A DNA stretch of 62,222 nt, filler included. It is 4 parts of 4 records of this genome, joined end to end, with 100 filler letters (N's around TTAATTAATTAA, not from the genome) between each part and the next. Parts side by side here need not be neighbours in the genome. Positions count along the whole stretch, not along the records: positions 9,838 to 22,781 come from SRR31156797_1739; positions 22,882 to 49,624 come from SRR31156797_1741; 2 more parts are not named here. One strand, given 5' to 3'. A model generated the notes under the pieces. That model ran no database searches. It was given only the letters and a program-made list of their open reading frames with translations, and had not been told where the DNA came from. The position numbers and the translations under genes are program-made. Each line of letters begins with the position of its first letter. The first letter of the stretch is position 1. Below, one piece after another: positions 20,197 to 30,174 of this stretch.

Positions 20197-22029
20197 ATGT
20201 GTGGAATTTTTGGACAAGTTTCAAGTAGTAAAATAAATAAAGTTGATTTTGAAAAACTTGTAAAGCACTCTGAACAAAGAGGAATTGATTCAAGTGGATT
20301 GATATATTTAGACAACTCAAAATATAATATTTCTAGAGCTGATTATAATATTGAAAAACTATTAAGTAAAGTTAAACCTTATAATTCTAATGTTGTACTG
20401 GGACATAGTAGATTAATTACTAATGGTTTAGGGGATAATCAGCCAGTGGTAAAAGACGATATTTGTGCTATTCACAATGGAATAATTGTAAATGACAAAG
20501 AGGTTTGGGAACAATTATCTGTTGAACGAAAATTAAAAATAGATTCTGAAGCTATTGTAGCTATTGCAAAAGAGCATTTTGATAATAATGGATCAATTGC
20601 AGATGTTTCATCAAGAATTTTATCTTTGTGTAGAGGTGTAGTGGCATGTGCATTAGTAGTTCCTCGAAAAGGTAAGATTATACTTTTTTCAAATAATGGA
20701 AGTTTATATGTTGGAGAGAAAAATGATAGTTTGTATTTTGCATCTGAAAATTATGCATTAGTGCAAATTGAATGTAATAATATAAAACAGATAAAAGAAG
20801 AAGCTTATTTCATTGATATCCCTTCCTCAAATGTTGATTTTATTATTCATGATGAATCTATAAGAGAAGAAAATTTAATTCCAGAGTTTAAATTTAATAA
20901 AGTTGAAGAAGATTTACTTGAGTATAAAACAGATATAAAAATTAAAAGATGTACAAAATGTATCCTTCCTGAAACTATGCCTTATATAAAATTTGATGAT
21001 AAAGGTGTTTGTAATTATTGCCACAACTATAAAAAAAGAAATAAGCCAAAACCAAAAGAAGAATTATTTAAGCTTGTAGAACCTTATAGAAGAAAAGGGA
21101 AAGAACTAGATTGTATTGTACCTTTTTCTGGTGGTAGAGATAGTTGTTATGGATTACATCTTATAATAAAAGAATTAGAAATGAAACCTGTGACTTATAC
21201 ATATGACTGGGGAATGGTAACTGATCTTGGAAGAAGAAATATCAGTCAAATGTGTGGAGATTTAGGTGTAGAAAATATTATTGTAGCAGCTGATATTTCA
21301 TTAAAAAGAAAGAATATTAAGATGAATCTTAAAGCATGGCTAAAATCGCCTCACTTAGGTATGATGGCTATGCTTACTGCAGGAGATAAACATTTCTTTA
21401 GACATGTCGAAAGCATTAAAAAGCAAACAGGCATAAATCTTAACTTATGGGGCGTAAACCCATTAGAACAAACTCATTTTAAAACAGGATTTCTAGGTAT
21501 AAAGCCTGATTTTGAAGAGGATAGGGTTTATACTAATGGAGTGATGAAACAATTGAGGTATCACTCTAAAAGATTTAAAGCAATGGCAGAAAGCCCTGGT
21601 TATTTTAATAGTTCTTTATGGGATACTTTATCTGGCGAATATTACAGAAGCTTTATGCAAAAAGAAGATTATTTCCATATTTTTGACTATTATACATGGA
21701 ATGAAAATGAGGTTAATGGCACTTTAATAAATGAATATGATTGGGAAACTGCAATTGATACATCAACGACATGGAGAATTGGAGATGGTACGGCAGGTTT
21801 TTACAATTATGTGTATTACACAGTTGCAGGTTTTACAGAACACGACACATTTAGAAGTAATCAGGTTAGGGAAGGGCAGATTACAAGAGAAGAGGCACTT
21901 AAATTAGTTGAAGATGAGAATAGACCAAGGTATCAAAATATTAGATGGTATCTAGATACATTAGGAATGGATTTTAAAGAAGTAATAAAGGTTGTTAACT
22001 CTATACCTAAATTATATAAGGATATATAA
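20197..22029 (+). CDS. Class II (Ntn) glutamine amidotransferase fused to an N-acetyl sugar amidotransferase/PP-loop domain
   Basis: N-terminal MCGIFG, GHSRL, HNGII and DSE; then CTKC and CNYC pairs and SGGRDS. Confidence 0.85.
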   Translation: MCGIFGQVSSSKINKVDFEKLVKHSEQRGIDSSGLIYLDNSKYNISRADYNIEKLLSKVKPYNSNVVLGHSRLITNGLGDNQPVVKDDICAIHNGIIVNDKEVWEQLSVERKLKIDSEAIVAIAKEHFDNNGSIADVSSRILSLCRGVVACALVVPRKGKIILFSNNGSLYVGEKNDSLYFASENYALVQIECNNIKQIKEEAYFIDIPSSNVDFIIHDESIREENLIPEFKFNKVEEDLLEYKTDIKIKRCTKCILPETMPYIKFDDKGVCNYCHNYKKRNKPKPKEELFKLVEPYRRKGKELDCIVPFSGGRDSCYGLHLIIKELEMKPVTYTYDWGMVTDLGRRNISQMCGDLGVENIIVAADISLKRKNIKMNLKAWLKSPHLGMMAMLTAGDKHFFRHVESIKKQTGINLNLWGVNPLEQTHFKTGFLGIKPDFEEDRVYTNGVMKQLRYHSKRFKAMAESPGYFNSSLWDTLSGEYYRSFMQKEDYFHIFDYYTWNENEVNGTLINEYDWETAIDTSTTWRIGDGTAGFYNYVYYTVAGFTEHDTFRSNQVREGQITREEALKLVEDENRPRYQNIRWYLDTLGMDFKEVIKVVNSIPKLYKDI

Positions 22030-22781
22030 TGAAAATTTGGTGTATCTCTAAGTATGCTAGTCCTCCAAATTATAGCAAAATGCCAGCAAGGTTATTTACT
22101 TTAACAAAAGAGTTTAATAAGCTTGGAAATAAGGCAACTCTAATTACTTCTGATTCAAATCATTTTGCTAATTATCCTGATAGTGAAAATAGATATAACT
22201 TTGAAGAAGTAGAGGATGTACCTGTAGTATGGGTAAAAACTAAAAAATATTTAAAAACAGCATCAATCTCTAGGGTATTAAGTTGGTTTGATTTTGAAAG
22301 ATGGCTTTTTAAATTTAATACTAAAAAACTTGATAAACCTGATGTTATTATCGTATCTTCTTTATCTATTTTTTCTATTCTTTATGGCTACTATTTAAAA
22401 AGAAAGTTTAACTCTTTTTTAGTTTTTGAAATTAGAGATATTTGGCCTTTAACTATGACAGAAGAGGGTGGTTTTTCTAAATGGCATCCTTTAGTTTTAT
22501 TAATAGGAATAATAGAAAAATTTGGTTACAAAAAAGCTGATTTAATTGTAGGAACAATGCCTAAATTGGATTTACATGTGAAAAATATTTTAGGTTATGA
22601 AAAACCATTTTTTTGCTCTCCTTTGGGTTTTGAACCTAAAAATTATCAAAAAGAGCTTTTAAGTGATGAGAATCCTTTTGATAAAGTTTTTCCTAGTAAT
22701 AAAATTATTGTTGGTTATGCTGGAAGTATGGGTATAACAAATGCTTTAGAACCTTTTATTCAAGCAATTAAATTATTGAAT
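22029..22781 (+). CDS. GT4 glycosyltransferase (WbuB-like), 3'-truncated
   Basis: FEIRDIWPLT and GYAGSMGITN; runs into the gap. Confidence 0.85.
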
Positions 22782-22881
22782 NNNNNNNNNNNNNNNNNNN
22801 NNNNNNNNNNNNNNNNNNNNNNNNNTTAATTAATTAANNNNNNNNNNNNNNNNNNNNNNNNNNNNNNNNNNNNNNNNNNNN
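22782..22881. other. Artificial contig linker
   Basis: N run + TTAATTAATTAA + N run. Confidence 0.98.
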
Positions 22882-24459
22882 CCGGAATGGAATTTTGCCG
22901 ACATGGGTATGATGCAGGTTGGCATTGTACATGTCCCGATTTATCCAACCATTAGTTTAGATGAGTACGCTCACATCCTGAACCATGCTGATGTAAGTGC
23001 CATCCTCATTTCTGACAATGCACTCTACAATAAGCTCATCAATCTCATTCAATCCATTGATAAGATTAAGCACGTATTTACTTTCAATGAAGTTGATGGG
23101 GCTGAAAACTGGATGAAAATCATCGACGCCGGAAAGCAAAGCAAAACCAAACACCAGGAAAAAGTGCAGGAGATCAGGCAATGCATTTCACCGGATGAAA
23201 TGGCAACACTGATCTACACATCAGGAACAACAGGGAGTTCGAAAGGCGTAATGCTTTCGCACCGAAACATTGTGAGCAACTTTATCGCGACCTCCAAGAT
23301 TCAACCACTCGACCACAATCACAAGGTGTTGAGTTTTTTACCACTATGCCATATCTATGAACGCATGATGAATTATCACTTCCAGTACAAAGGCATCAGT
23401 ATTTATTATGCCGAAAACCTGGGAACAATTCCGGCAAACCTGAAAGAAATCAGGGCCGATGGGTTTAATACCGTTCCGCGCCTGCTCGAGAGGGTTTACG
23501 ACAGGATCGTGGCCAAAGGGAAGGATCTGACCGGAGTAAAAAAATCCATCTTTTTCTGGGCATTGAATCTGGGATTGAAATATGAATTAAATGGTGCAAA
23601 CGGTAAAGTTTATGAAGCAAAGCGAAAAATTGCCGACAAGCTTGTTTTCTCAAAATGGCGTGAAGCACTTGGGGGAAACGTGAAAATTATCGTTTCGGGT
23701 GGATCAGCACTGCAATCAAGGCTATCAAGACTATTCTGGGCTGCAGGAATGCGCATCATGGAAGGTTATGGACTTACGGAAACAGCACCTGTACTCGCAG
23801 TGAGCCACCCAGAATGGCCAAACCTGAAATTCGGGACGGTGGGGCCGATTCTTGAAAATGTTGATGTTAAGATTGCCGAAGATGGCGAAATCCTTGCCAA
23901 AGGCCCCAACCTGATGCTTGGATATTACAAAGACCCTGAATATACAAAAGAGGTAATTGATAAAAACGGCTGGTTTCACACCGGTGACATTGGCATTCTG
24001 GATGAGGGTAAGTTCCTCAAAATCACAGACCGTAAAAAGGAGATTTTTAAACTTTCATCCGGCAAATATGTTGCACCCCAATTGATTGAAAATCTTTTTA
24101 AAGAATCCATTTTCATTGAACAGATTATGGTGGTGGGTGTAAACGAAAAATTTGCAAGTGCCCTGATCTCTCCCAATTTCAACCACCTGCATTACTGGTC
24201 GACAAAACACAAAATCCACTACCGTGACAACAAAGAGCTGGTTTCCCAACCTGAAGTGGTAAGCAGATATCAGCGTGAAGTTGACCAGATAAACAAAAAA
24301 CTTGGAGACCACGAAAAGATCAAACGTTTCAGGTTGGTATGTGAAGAGTGGTCGCCACAATCCGGGGAGTTGTCCCCTACCCTCAAACTTAAGCGCTCGG
24401 TGATTTACGATAAATACGACGGCATTTTAAGGCAGATTTATATGTATCCGAAGGAGTAG
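22882..24459 (+). CDS. fadD: Long-chain fatty acid-CoA ligase, 5'-truncated
   Basis: YTSGTTGSSKG, EGYGLTE, WFHTGDIG and PTLKLKR; the frame is open from the gap. Confidence 0.92.
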   Translation, partial: PEWNFADMGMMQVGIVHVPIYPTISLDEYAHILNHADVSAILISDNALYNKLINLIQSIDKIKHVFTFNEVDGAENWMKIIDAGKQSKTKHQEKVQEIRQCISPDEMATLIYTSGTTGSSKGVMLSHRNIVSNFIATSKIQPLDHNHKVLSFLPLCHIYERMMNYHFQYKGISIYYAENLGTIPANLKEIRADGFNTVPRLLERVYDRIVAKGKDLTGVKKSIFFWALNLGLKYELNGANGKVYEAKRKIADKLVFSKWREALGGNVKIIVSGGSALQSRLSRLFWAAGMRIMEGYGLTETAPVLAVSHPEWPNLKFGTVGPILENVDVKIAEDGEILAKGPNLMLGYYKDPEYTKEVIDKNGWFHTGDIGILDEGKFLKITDRKKEIFKLSSGKYVAPQLIENLFKESIFIEQIMVVGVNEKFASALISPNFNHLHYWSTKHKIHYRDNKELVSQPEVVSRYQREVDQINKKLGDHEKIKRFRLVCEEWSPQSGELSPTLKLKRSVIYDKYDGILRQIYMYPKE

Positions 24460-24529
24460 CTTTCAGCCTGGTGAAGCACAATTATTATAAAATCAGTACC
24501 TGAAACCAATTCCACTTTGCCCCCTGTTT

Positions 24530-25051
24530 CTAAAAAAGTTCACGCACTTCCTGCTTAAGCGTCTTTATGGCAATGGCGAGGTGGTTCTTATCCGATTTCA
24601 TTTCCTTTTCAACGATTAACATAGCCAGATCGCTGGCACCTGCATTTTCATCAAGTCCTGAAGCAGCATCATTTACCAGCCTCAAAACCCACGAACGTGC
24701 CTGCTCGATATGTGCCCAGGTATCCTGGGAAATGTAGAGTTGCTGTACCAGGTTATGCTCATATTCCTCCCGGATGTTGGCAATCAATACTACCTGGAAT
24801 TCAGCTACAGTCAATTCCGGATTATTGTTTCTCACCACAAGTTGTTGCGGACTAATCCTTTCGAGGAAGAGCAACAGGCGTTCATAGGCCTGTAACCTGA
24901 TGTTCAATACTGTGTGGCTATTTTTGCTTTTGATTTTTGATTCCAATTGTAATTTACCTACCCTTAACAGGTAAAACAGAATAAAAGAAATTACTACAAT
25001 TAAAATAAAAAAAGGCAGGATGAACAAGATTGCATCAGATATATTTTCCAT
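24530..25051 (-). CDS. Hypothetical protein with an N-terminal TM helix
   Basis: 173 aa ORF (RLQAYERLLLFLERI...EYEHNLVQQLY) with its own TAACTTTG promoter at 25120-25127 on the minus strand. Confidence 0.75.
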   Translation of the reverse strand: MENISDAILFILPFFILIVVISFILFYLLRVGKLQLESKIKSKNSHTVLNIRLQAYERLLLFLERISPQQLVVRNNNPELTVAEFQVVLIANIREEYEHNLVQQLYISQDTWAHIEQARSWVLRLVNDAASGLDENAGASDLAMLIVEKEMKSDKNHLAIAIKTLKQEVRELF

Positions 25052-25176
25052 GGATATTTTTACTGTTTATTCTTAAAAACCAAGGTGTTAAATTTTGTAA
25101 TGGCCTTTTGCCCGAAAGGCAAAGTTATCCTATTTTTTTGACACAAATTCAAGGCCAGACGTAAGGCTCTTTTTCA

Positions 25177-25184
25177 TACATTTG
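25177..25184 (+). promoter_or_regulatory. Bacteroidota -7 promoter element TAnnTTTG (TACATTTG)
   Basis: Upstream of the aminotransferase. Matching elements occur at 26594, 30134, 33405, 34204, 41086, 43816 and 46757 (+), and 25120, 40094 and 48986 (-). Confidence 0.7.
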
Positions 25185-25222
25185 CGATCTTTTTTAACAT
25201 TGGTAATCGAAAAACAGTAGGC

Positions 25223-26431
25223 ATGAATCAAAACCACTTATCCCATCGCGTAAACAGTTTATCAGAATCGGCAACCCTGGCCATGACCCGAAAAAGCAGG
25301 GAGATGAAGGAAGCCGGAAAAGACGTGATTAACCTGAGTATCGGAGAACCTGATTTTAACACGCCACAATGCATAAAAGACGCTGCCATTGAGGCCATCA
25401 ATAATAACATCACGCACTACCCACCGGTTGCAGGTTACAAGGTTTTGAAAGAGGCTATTTCAAACAAGTTCAAATCGGAAAACAACCTGGATTATTCACC
25501 TGAACAAATCGTAGTGTCAAATGGCGCAAAACAATCCATTGCCAATTCATTGCTTTGCCTTGTTGACCCCGGTGAAGAGGTTTTAATTCCAGAGCCCTAC
25601 TGGGTATCTTACCCCGAAATGGTTAAGCTTGCCGGGGGAGAATCAATTTATATTCCCTCAACCATCGAAGATGATTTTAAAGTTAAACCGGAAGTACTTA
25701 AAAGCAAAATGACTGACCGTTCCAAAGTTTTCCTTTTTAGCTCGCCATGCAACCCGTCAGGCACAATTTATACCCGGGATGAACTCTATAAAATAGCTGA
25801 AGTATTAGCAGAAAAAGATGACTTGTATGTGATCAGTGATGAAATTTATGAACAGATCAACTTTACCGGCAAACACGAAAGCATTGCACAGTTTGATTTT
25901 ATTAAAGACCGTGTGATTACGATAAACGGAGTTTCAAAAGGCTTTGCCATGACGGGTTGGCGAATCGGATATATTGGCGCACCATTACATATTGCAAAGG
26001 CCTCCAACACGCTACAGGGACAATATACATCAGGACCTTCCACGATATCACAAATGGCAGCCTTAAAGGCTTTGCAAACAGGGCCCTGCGCTATGAACGA
26101 GATGAAGGAAATGAAGGACGCATTTGAACAGCGCAGAGACCTCGTAGTAGAGCACCTGAATAAAATTCCTGGCCTCAAGATCAACAATCCCGGAGGCGCG
26201 TTTTATATCTTTCCGGATGTGTCGTACTATTATGGAAAAAGTGATGGCAAAAAAACCATCAAAGACGGCATGGACCTCTGCCTTTATCTGCTCGACACTG
26301 TGCAGGTTGCACTGGTCCCTGGTTCTGCATTCGGCAGTCCGAATCACATCCGTATTTCCTATGCAACTTCAACCGACATCCTCCACAAAGCCTTTCAGAG
26401 GATCACGGAGGCATTAGGCAAGTTAAAGTAG
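25223..26431 (+). CDS. aspC: PLP-dependent aminotransferase class I/II (aspartate aminotransferase)
   Basis: GEPDF, NPSG, SDEIYE, and SKGFAMTGWRIG with the PLP lysine. Confidence 0.88.
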   Translation: MNQNHLSHRVNSLSESATLAMTRKSREMKEAGKDVINLSIGEPDFNTPQCIKDAAIEAINNNITHYPPVAGYKVLKEAISNKFKSENNLDYSPEQIVVSNGAKQSIANSLLCLVDPGEEVLIPEPYWVSYPEMVKLAGGESIYIPSTIEDDFKVKPEVLKSKMTDRSKVFLFSSPCNPSGTIYTRDELYKIAEVLAEKDDLYVISDEIYEQINFTGKHESIAQFDFIKDRVITINGVSKGFAMTGWRIGYIGAPLHIAKASNTLQGQYTSGPSTISQMAALKALQTGPCAMNEMKEMKDAFEQRRDLVVEHLNKIPGLKINNPGGAFYIFPDVSYYYGKSDGKKTIKDGMDLCLYLLDTVQVALVPGSAFGSPNHIRISYATSTDILHKAFQRITEALGKLK

Positions 26432-26615
26432 CATTTCAGGGAAGTCGTTTTCTCTCTGAAGGATTGACCAGAAAGGAAAATTCATACTGGAAGTGCCATA
26501 GGTCCGAATGTGAAATATCACCAGTTTGCACCGGAAGTAACGTTACAAAATTCTTCACCCAACATTTTCAAGCAGCCATTGTTATTGTTTCGCTACTTTT
26601 GCCAAAAAATTGAAT

Positions 26616-27635
26616 ATGACTATCAGTAACATGCAGGGTGCCAGTCAGGTTTTTGATGTTTTTCGCAGGATGAAAATCATGGTAATTGGCGATGTGATGA
26701 TCGATTCGTACCTGTTTGGCCAGGTTAACAGGATTTCGCCCGAAGCTCCGGTACCAATCGTGGCTGTGAATAAACGAACCAACAGGTTGGGTGGTGCCGC
26801 AAACGTTGCGCTCAACATCAGCGCCATGGGTGCCAGGCCGGTATTATGTTCGGTGATCGGGCAGGACGAAAAAGCAGAAACATTTGAAAATCTACTGGAT
26901 GAAAACGACCTCTTTAATGGGGGTTTACTACGCAGCAAAAAAAGGATAACCACCACAAAATTCAGGGTAATCGGAAACAACACCCAAATGCTCCGCGTTG
27001 ATGAGGAAGATATCTCAGACCTTGATGCTGAAGATCTAACAACTTTCAGGCACCTCATCAAAACCATGATGGAAGAGCAAAATATAGATGCAATAATTTT
27101 CCAGGATTACGATAAGGGTGTAATATCTCCTGAGTTGATTGAGTGGGTTACAAAACTGGCATCCGCTAAAAACATCCCGGTTACCGTTGATCCCAAAAAG
27201 AAAAACTTCAGTAACTACCGAAACATAACGATGTTTAAGCCAAACCTGAAAGAATTGCAGGAAGGCCTTGGTATGGATTTCAAAAAAACTGAAAATGCCA
27301 AACTAACAGAAGCGGTGAGGTTAATACACGAAAAACACAACGTTGAAATTGTCCTCGTAACACTCTCAGAACTTGGCGTTTTACTCAGCAGGAGGCTTGA
27401 AGATGGCCGGTATCAGGAACAAAGGGTTCCGGCGCATTTGCGTTCAATTGCCGATGTTTCCGGAGCCGGAGATACAGTAATAAGTATTGCCACCCTCTGC
27501 CTGGCAGCCGGTTTAATAGATGCAGAGATCGCAGCTCTTAGTAACCTTGCCGGCGGGCAGGTTTGCGAGTTTGTTGGGGTAGTTCCCATAGACCGCGAAA
27601 AACTGCTCTCCGAAACTTCAAAGCTAACCTATTAA
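26616..27635 (+). CDS. D-glycero-beta-D-manno-heptose-7-phosphate kinase (RfaE domain I, PfkB family)
   Basis: RISPEAPVP, GGAANVA, QDYDKG, VDPK and DVSGAGDT. Confidence 0.9.
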   Translation: MTISNMQGASQVFDVFRRMKIMVIGDVMIDSYLFGQVNRISPEAPVPIVAVNKRTNRLGGAANVALNISAMGARPVLCSVIGQDEKAETFENLLDENDLFNGGLLRSKKRITTTKFRVIGNNTQMLRVDEEDISDLDAEDLTTFRHLIKTMMEEQNIDAIIFQDYDKGVISPELIEWVTKLASAKNIPVTVDPKKKNFSNYRNITMFKPNLKELQEGLGMDFKKTENAKLTEAVRLIHEKHNVEIVLVTLSELGVLLSRRLEDGRYQEQRVPAHLRSIADVSGAGDTVISIATLCLAAGLIDAEIAALSNLAGGQVCEFVGVVPIDREKLLSETSKLTY

Positions 27636-27651
27636 TTTTAACTTTTATACC

Positions 27652-28410
27652 TTGACAGATACGACCAAACAAGTCGCGGGTTCAGCTGCGGAAAAACAGA
27701 GCAAAGATAAACCCACCATTGCACAAAAGGAGCAAGTACGCGATATGTTTAATGCCATCGCACCAAAATATGACCTGCTCAACCACCTGTTATCTGCCGG
27801 CATTGATATCACATGGAGAAACAGGGTGATTCGCATCATTAAAAAACTGAAGCACGGTCAAATTCTGGATGTTGCAACCGGCACCGGTGATTTGGCCATT
27901 ACTGCTGCAAAGCTCAATCCTGAAAAAATTGAAGCTGTGGATATTTCCGGTGAAATGCTCAAATTCCAGGCTGTGAAACTGAAAAAGAAAAACCTGGAAA
28001 CACTGATCAAACTCACCCAGGCTGATGGCGAAAACCTGCCTTTTCCTGACAATTCCTTCGATATCGCTATGGTGGCTTTTGGCGTAAGGAATTTTGAGAA
28101 CCTGCAAAAAGGACTGAAGGAGATGCAGCGGGTATTGAAAAAAGACGGACATATTGTGATCCTCGAATTTTCGAATCCCACAAAATTTCCGGTAAAACAG
28201 CTTTACGCATTTTATTTCAAACACATCCTGCCTTTGGTTGGGAAATGGGTATCCCGGAGCAACCATGCTTACACTTATCTTCCTGATTCGGTGGGATATT
28301 TCCCTTCAGGCAAAGCATTTACAAAATATTTAACGGAAGCCGGATTTTCCTCTACAATGATTCGGTCACTCACTTTTGGTATCGCTTCTATTTACACCGG
28401 TAAAAAATAA
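27652..28410 (+). CDS. menG: Demethylmenaquinone methyltransferase UbiE/MenG
   Basis: MFNAIAPKYDLLNHLLS, LDVATGTGD, FGVRN and AYTYLPDS. Confidence 0.93.
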   Translation: MTDTTKQVAGSAAEKQSKDKPTIAQKEQVRDMFNAIAPKYDLLNHLLSAGIDITWRNRVIRIIKKLKHGQILDVATGTGDLAITAAKLNPEKIEAVDISGEMLKFQAVKLKKKNLETLIKLTQADGENLPFPDNSFDIAMVAFGVRNFENLQKGLKEMQRVLKKDGHIVILEFSNPTKFPVKQLYAFYFKHILPLVGKWVSRSNHAYTYLPDSVGYFPSGKAFTKYLTEAGFSSTMIRSLTFGIASIYTGKK

Positions 28411-28458
28411 AAATATACTGACCTCGTTATGACTCTGAATTTTTAAAACAGGTATCAC

Positions 28459-29244
28459 TTGAATAAAATACAGGTTCCGGGGGCAGTTTTCCTATTTTCC
28501 ATCATCTTTTCAGTTTCAGCTTTTTCTCAAATCAATAAAGTACCCAATCTAAAACTTTATGATTTTGAGCAATTACACTTTGGGTTTACGCTGGTAGCCA
28601 ATGAGATGGATTTTATTGTGAAACCTAATGAAGACCTGTACCTCACCTACTGGGACAGCATCCCCAATGATGGTGACCTGCGCGGGGCCTATGGTGCCCG
28701 GATTTATGGAATCAGGGCAAATCCTTCAATCGGATTTTCAGTTGGTATTGTAGGTGACCTCAGGTTAGGTGATTATTTCAATCTGCGGTTTATCCCAACA
28801 TTGTCATTTGGCCGGAGGGAGCTTGAATACGACATCAAGCTATACAATCAAGATAATCAACCCATTCTCAACGATTCAATTTTTACAGTCGTAAAGCAAA
28901 TCAATTCTACTTTTCTGGAGTTTCCGCTCTTTCTGAAATACAAATCTAAACGAGATCACAACATGCGGGCCTATGTTATTGGCGGCATGAAAATAAACCT
29001 CGACCTTGCCTCACAGGCAAACAAGGATGAAGATTTTAATTACGACCCGAAACTTTTCCGTACTGACACTTATGGCATGGTTGGAGCCGGGCTTGATTTT
29101 TATATGAACTGGTTTAAGTTTGGGGTTGAGCTTTCCATGTCGTATGGATTTAGAGATATGTTGCTGAGAGAAGGAAATTTATATACCGACAGTATCGAAT
29201 CGCTCCGCTCGAAGGTTTTTATGCTTACTTTTACCTTCGAATAA
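28459..29244 (+). CDS. porT: PorT/SprT family outer-membrane beta-barrel (type IX secretion)
   Basis: Signal peptide, LHFGF, FNLRFIPTLSF, and terminal LTFTFE; sits after menG. Confidence 0.8.
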   Translation: MNKIQVPGAVFLFSIIFSVSAFSQINKVPNLKLYDFEQLHFGFTLVANEMDFIVKPNEDLYLTYWDSIPNDGDLRGAYGARIYGIRANPSIGFSVGIVGDLRLGDYFNLRFIPTLSFGRRELEYDIKLYNQDNQPILNDSIFTVVKQINSTFLEFPLFLKYKSKRDHNMRAYVIGGMKINLDLASQANKDEDFNYDPKLFRTDTYGMVGAGLDFYMNWFKFGVELSMSYGFRDMLLREGNLYTDSIESLRSKVFMLTFTFE

Positions 29245-29270
29245 CCGTAAACGCACTCAAAGCTGACGTT

Positions 29271-29978
29271 ATGCAACACAAAAGTGATGAAAGGGAACTT
29301 TTTGGTTCCATCACCGACAAAGCCATTCTCAAGCAAAAGGTTTACACCAATACATACGAAACCTTCACTACCTTTAAACGTATGATCCGCGAACTGGTTA
29401 AAGCGTACCAAAGTGGTGAAAAGCAAAATAAATCACATATTCCGTTTGAATACCGAAACAGGGGCGAATTTGAGGTTGAGTTGAAATTCGCAGGAGACAT
29501 CCTCATCTTTATGATGCACACCAACGTATTCGACTTTCCACGAAACCATGAGGTAAAAAAAATACCCTATATTCAGGAGGATCAACAAAGGTCTTATTGT
29601 GGGGTCATCAACATCTATAATTTCCTGGGAGATTCATTTAAATACAAGCGAATAAACGATTTAGGATATCTCATCGGCAGGGTATTTATCAATAAAGACT
29701 GCCATTATTTTATAGAAGGTAAACGGGAAATCGGGTTGTTGTACAAAAGTTTTGACATCGCAAAAATGGATGATAAAGCAGCCAAAAGCATCATCACCTC
29801 CTCCATCAAATACACCCTGAATTTCGATCTGCTCACACCTCCTTACGAAGAAGTAAAATTACTGACCGTGCAACAAATCCAGACCACCCTCGACAACATG
29901 AAGATCCGTACCGGCAAGCGACTTGGATTTAAATTCCAGGCTGACCGTGAGGATGAACACATCCGGGAGCAGAAATAA
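29271..29978 (+). CDS. Hypothetical cytoplasmic protein
   Basis: 235 aa ORF with normal codon usage, co-oriented 27 nt after porT. Confidence 0.78.
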   Translation: MQHKSDERELFGSITDKAILKQKVYTNTYETFTTFKRMIRELVKAYQSGEKQNKSHIPFEYRNRGEFEVELKFAGDILIFMMHTNVFDFPRNHEVKKIPYIQEDQQRSYCGVINIYNFLGDSFKYKRINDLGYLIGRVFINKDCHYFIEGKREIGLLYKSFDIAKMDDKAAKSIITSSIKYTLNFDLLTPPYEEVKLLTVQQIQTTLDNMKIRTGKRLGFKFQADREDEHIREQK

Positions 29979-30174
29979 GATTAATGCCTGACTGGTGGCA
30001 TTTTAATTCTGATCCTCTTACTTTGTGCATTCCGGCTTTTATATGTGATATTATCAATATTAAATTATCATTACTATTTCTAAGTATGTTAGCTATGGCC
30101 ATGTTAAGCTTTGATTTGCAAAAAAAATTGACGTAATTTTGTGAATGAATTAACAACCAGGAAAAACAACAAAA

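Noticed and set aside
20197..22029. GlmS (glucosamine-6-phosphate synthase)
   Set aside because: The C-terminal half has Cys pairs and an SGGRDS PP-loop, not SIS domains.
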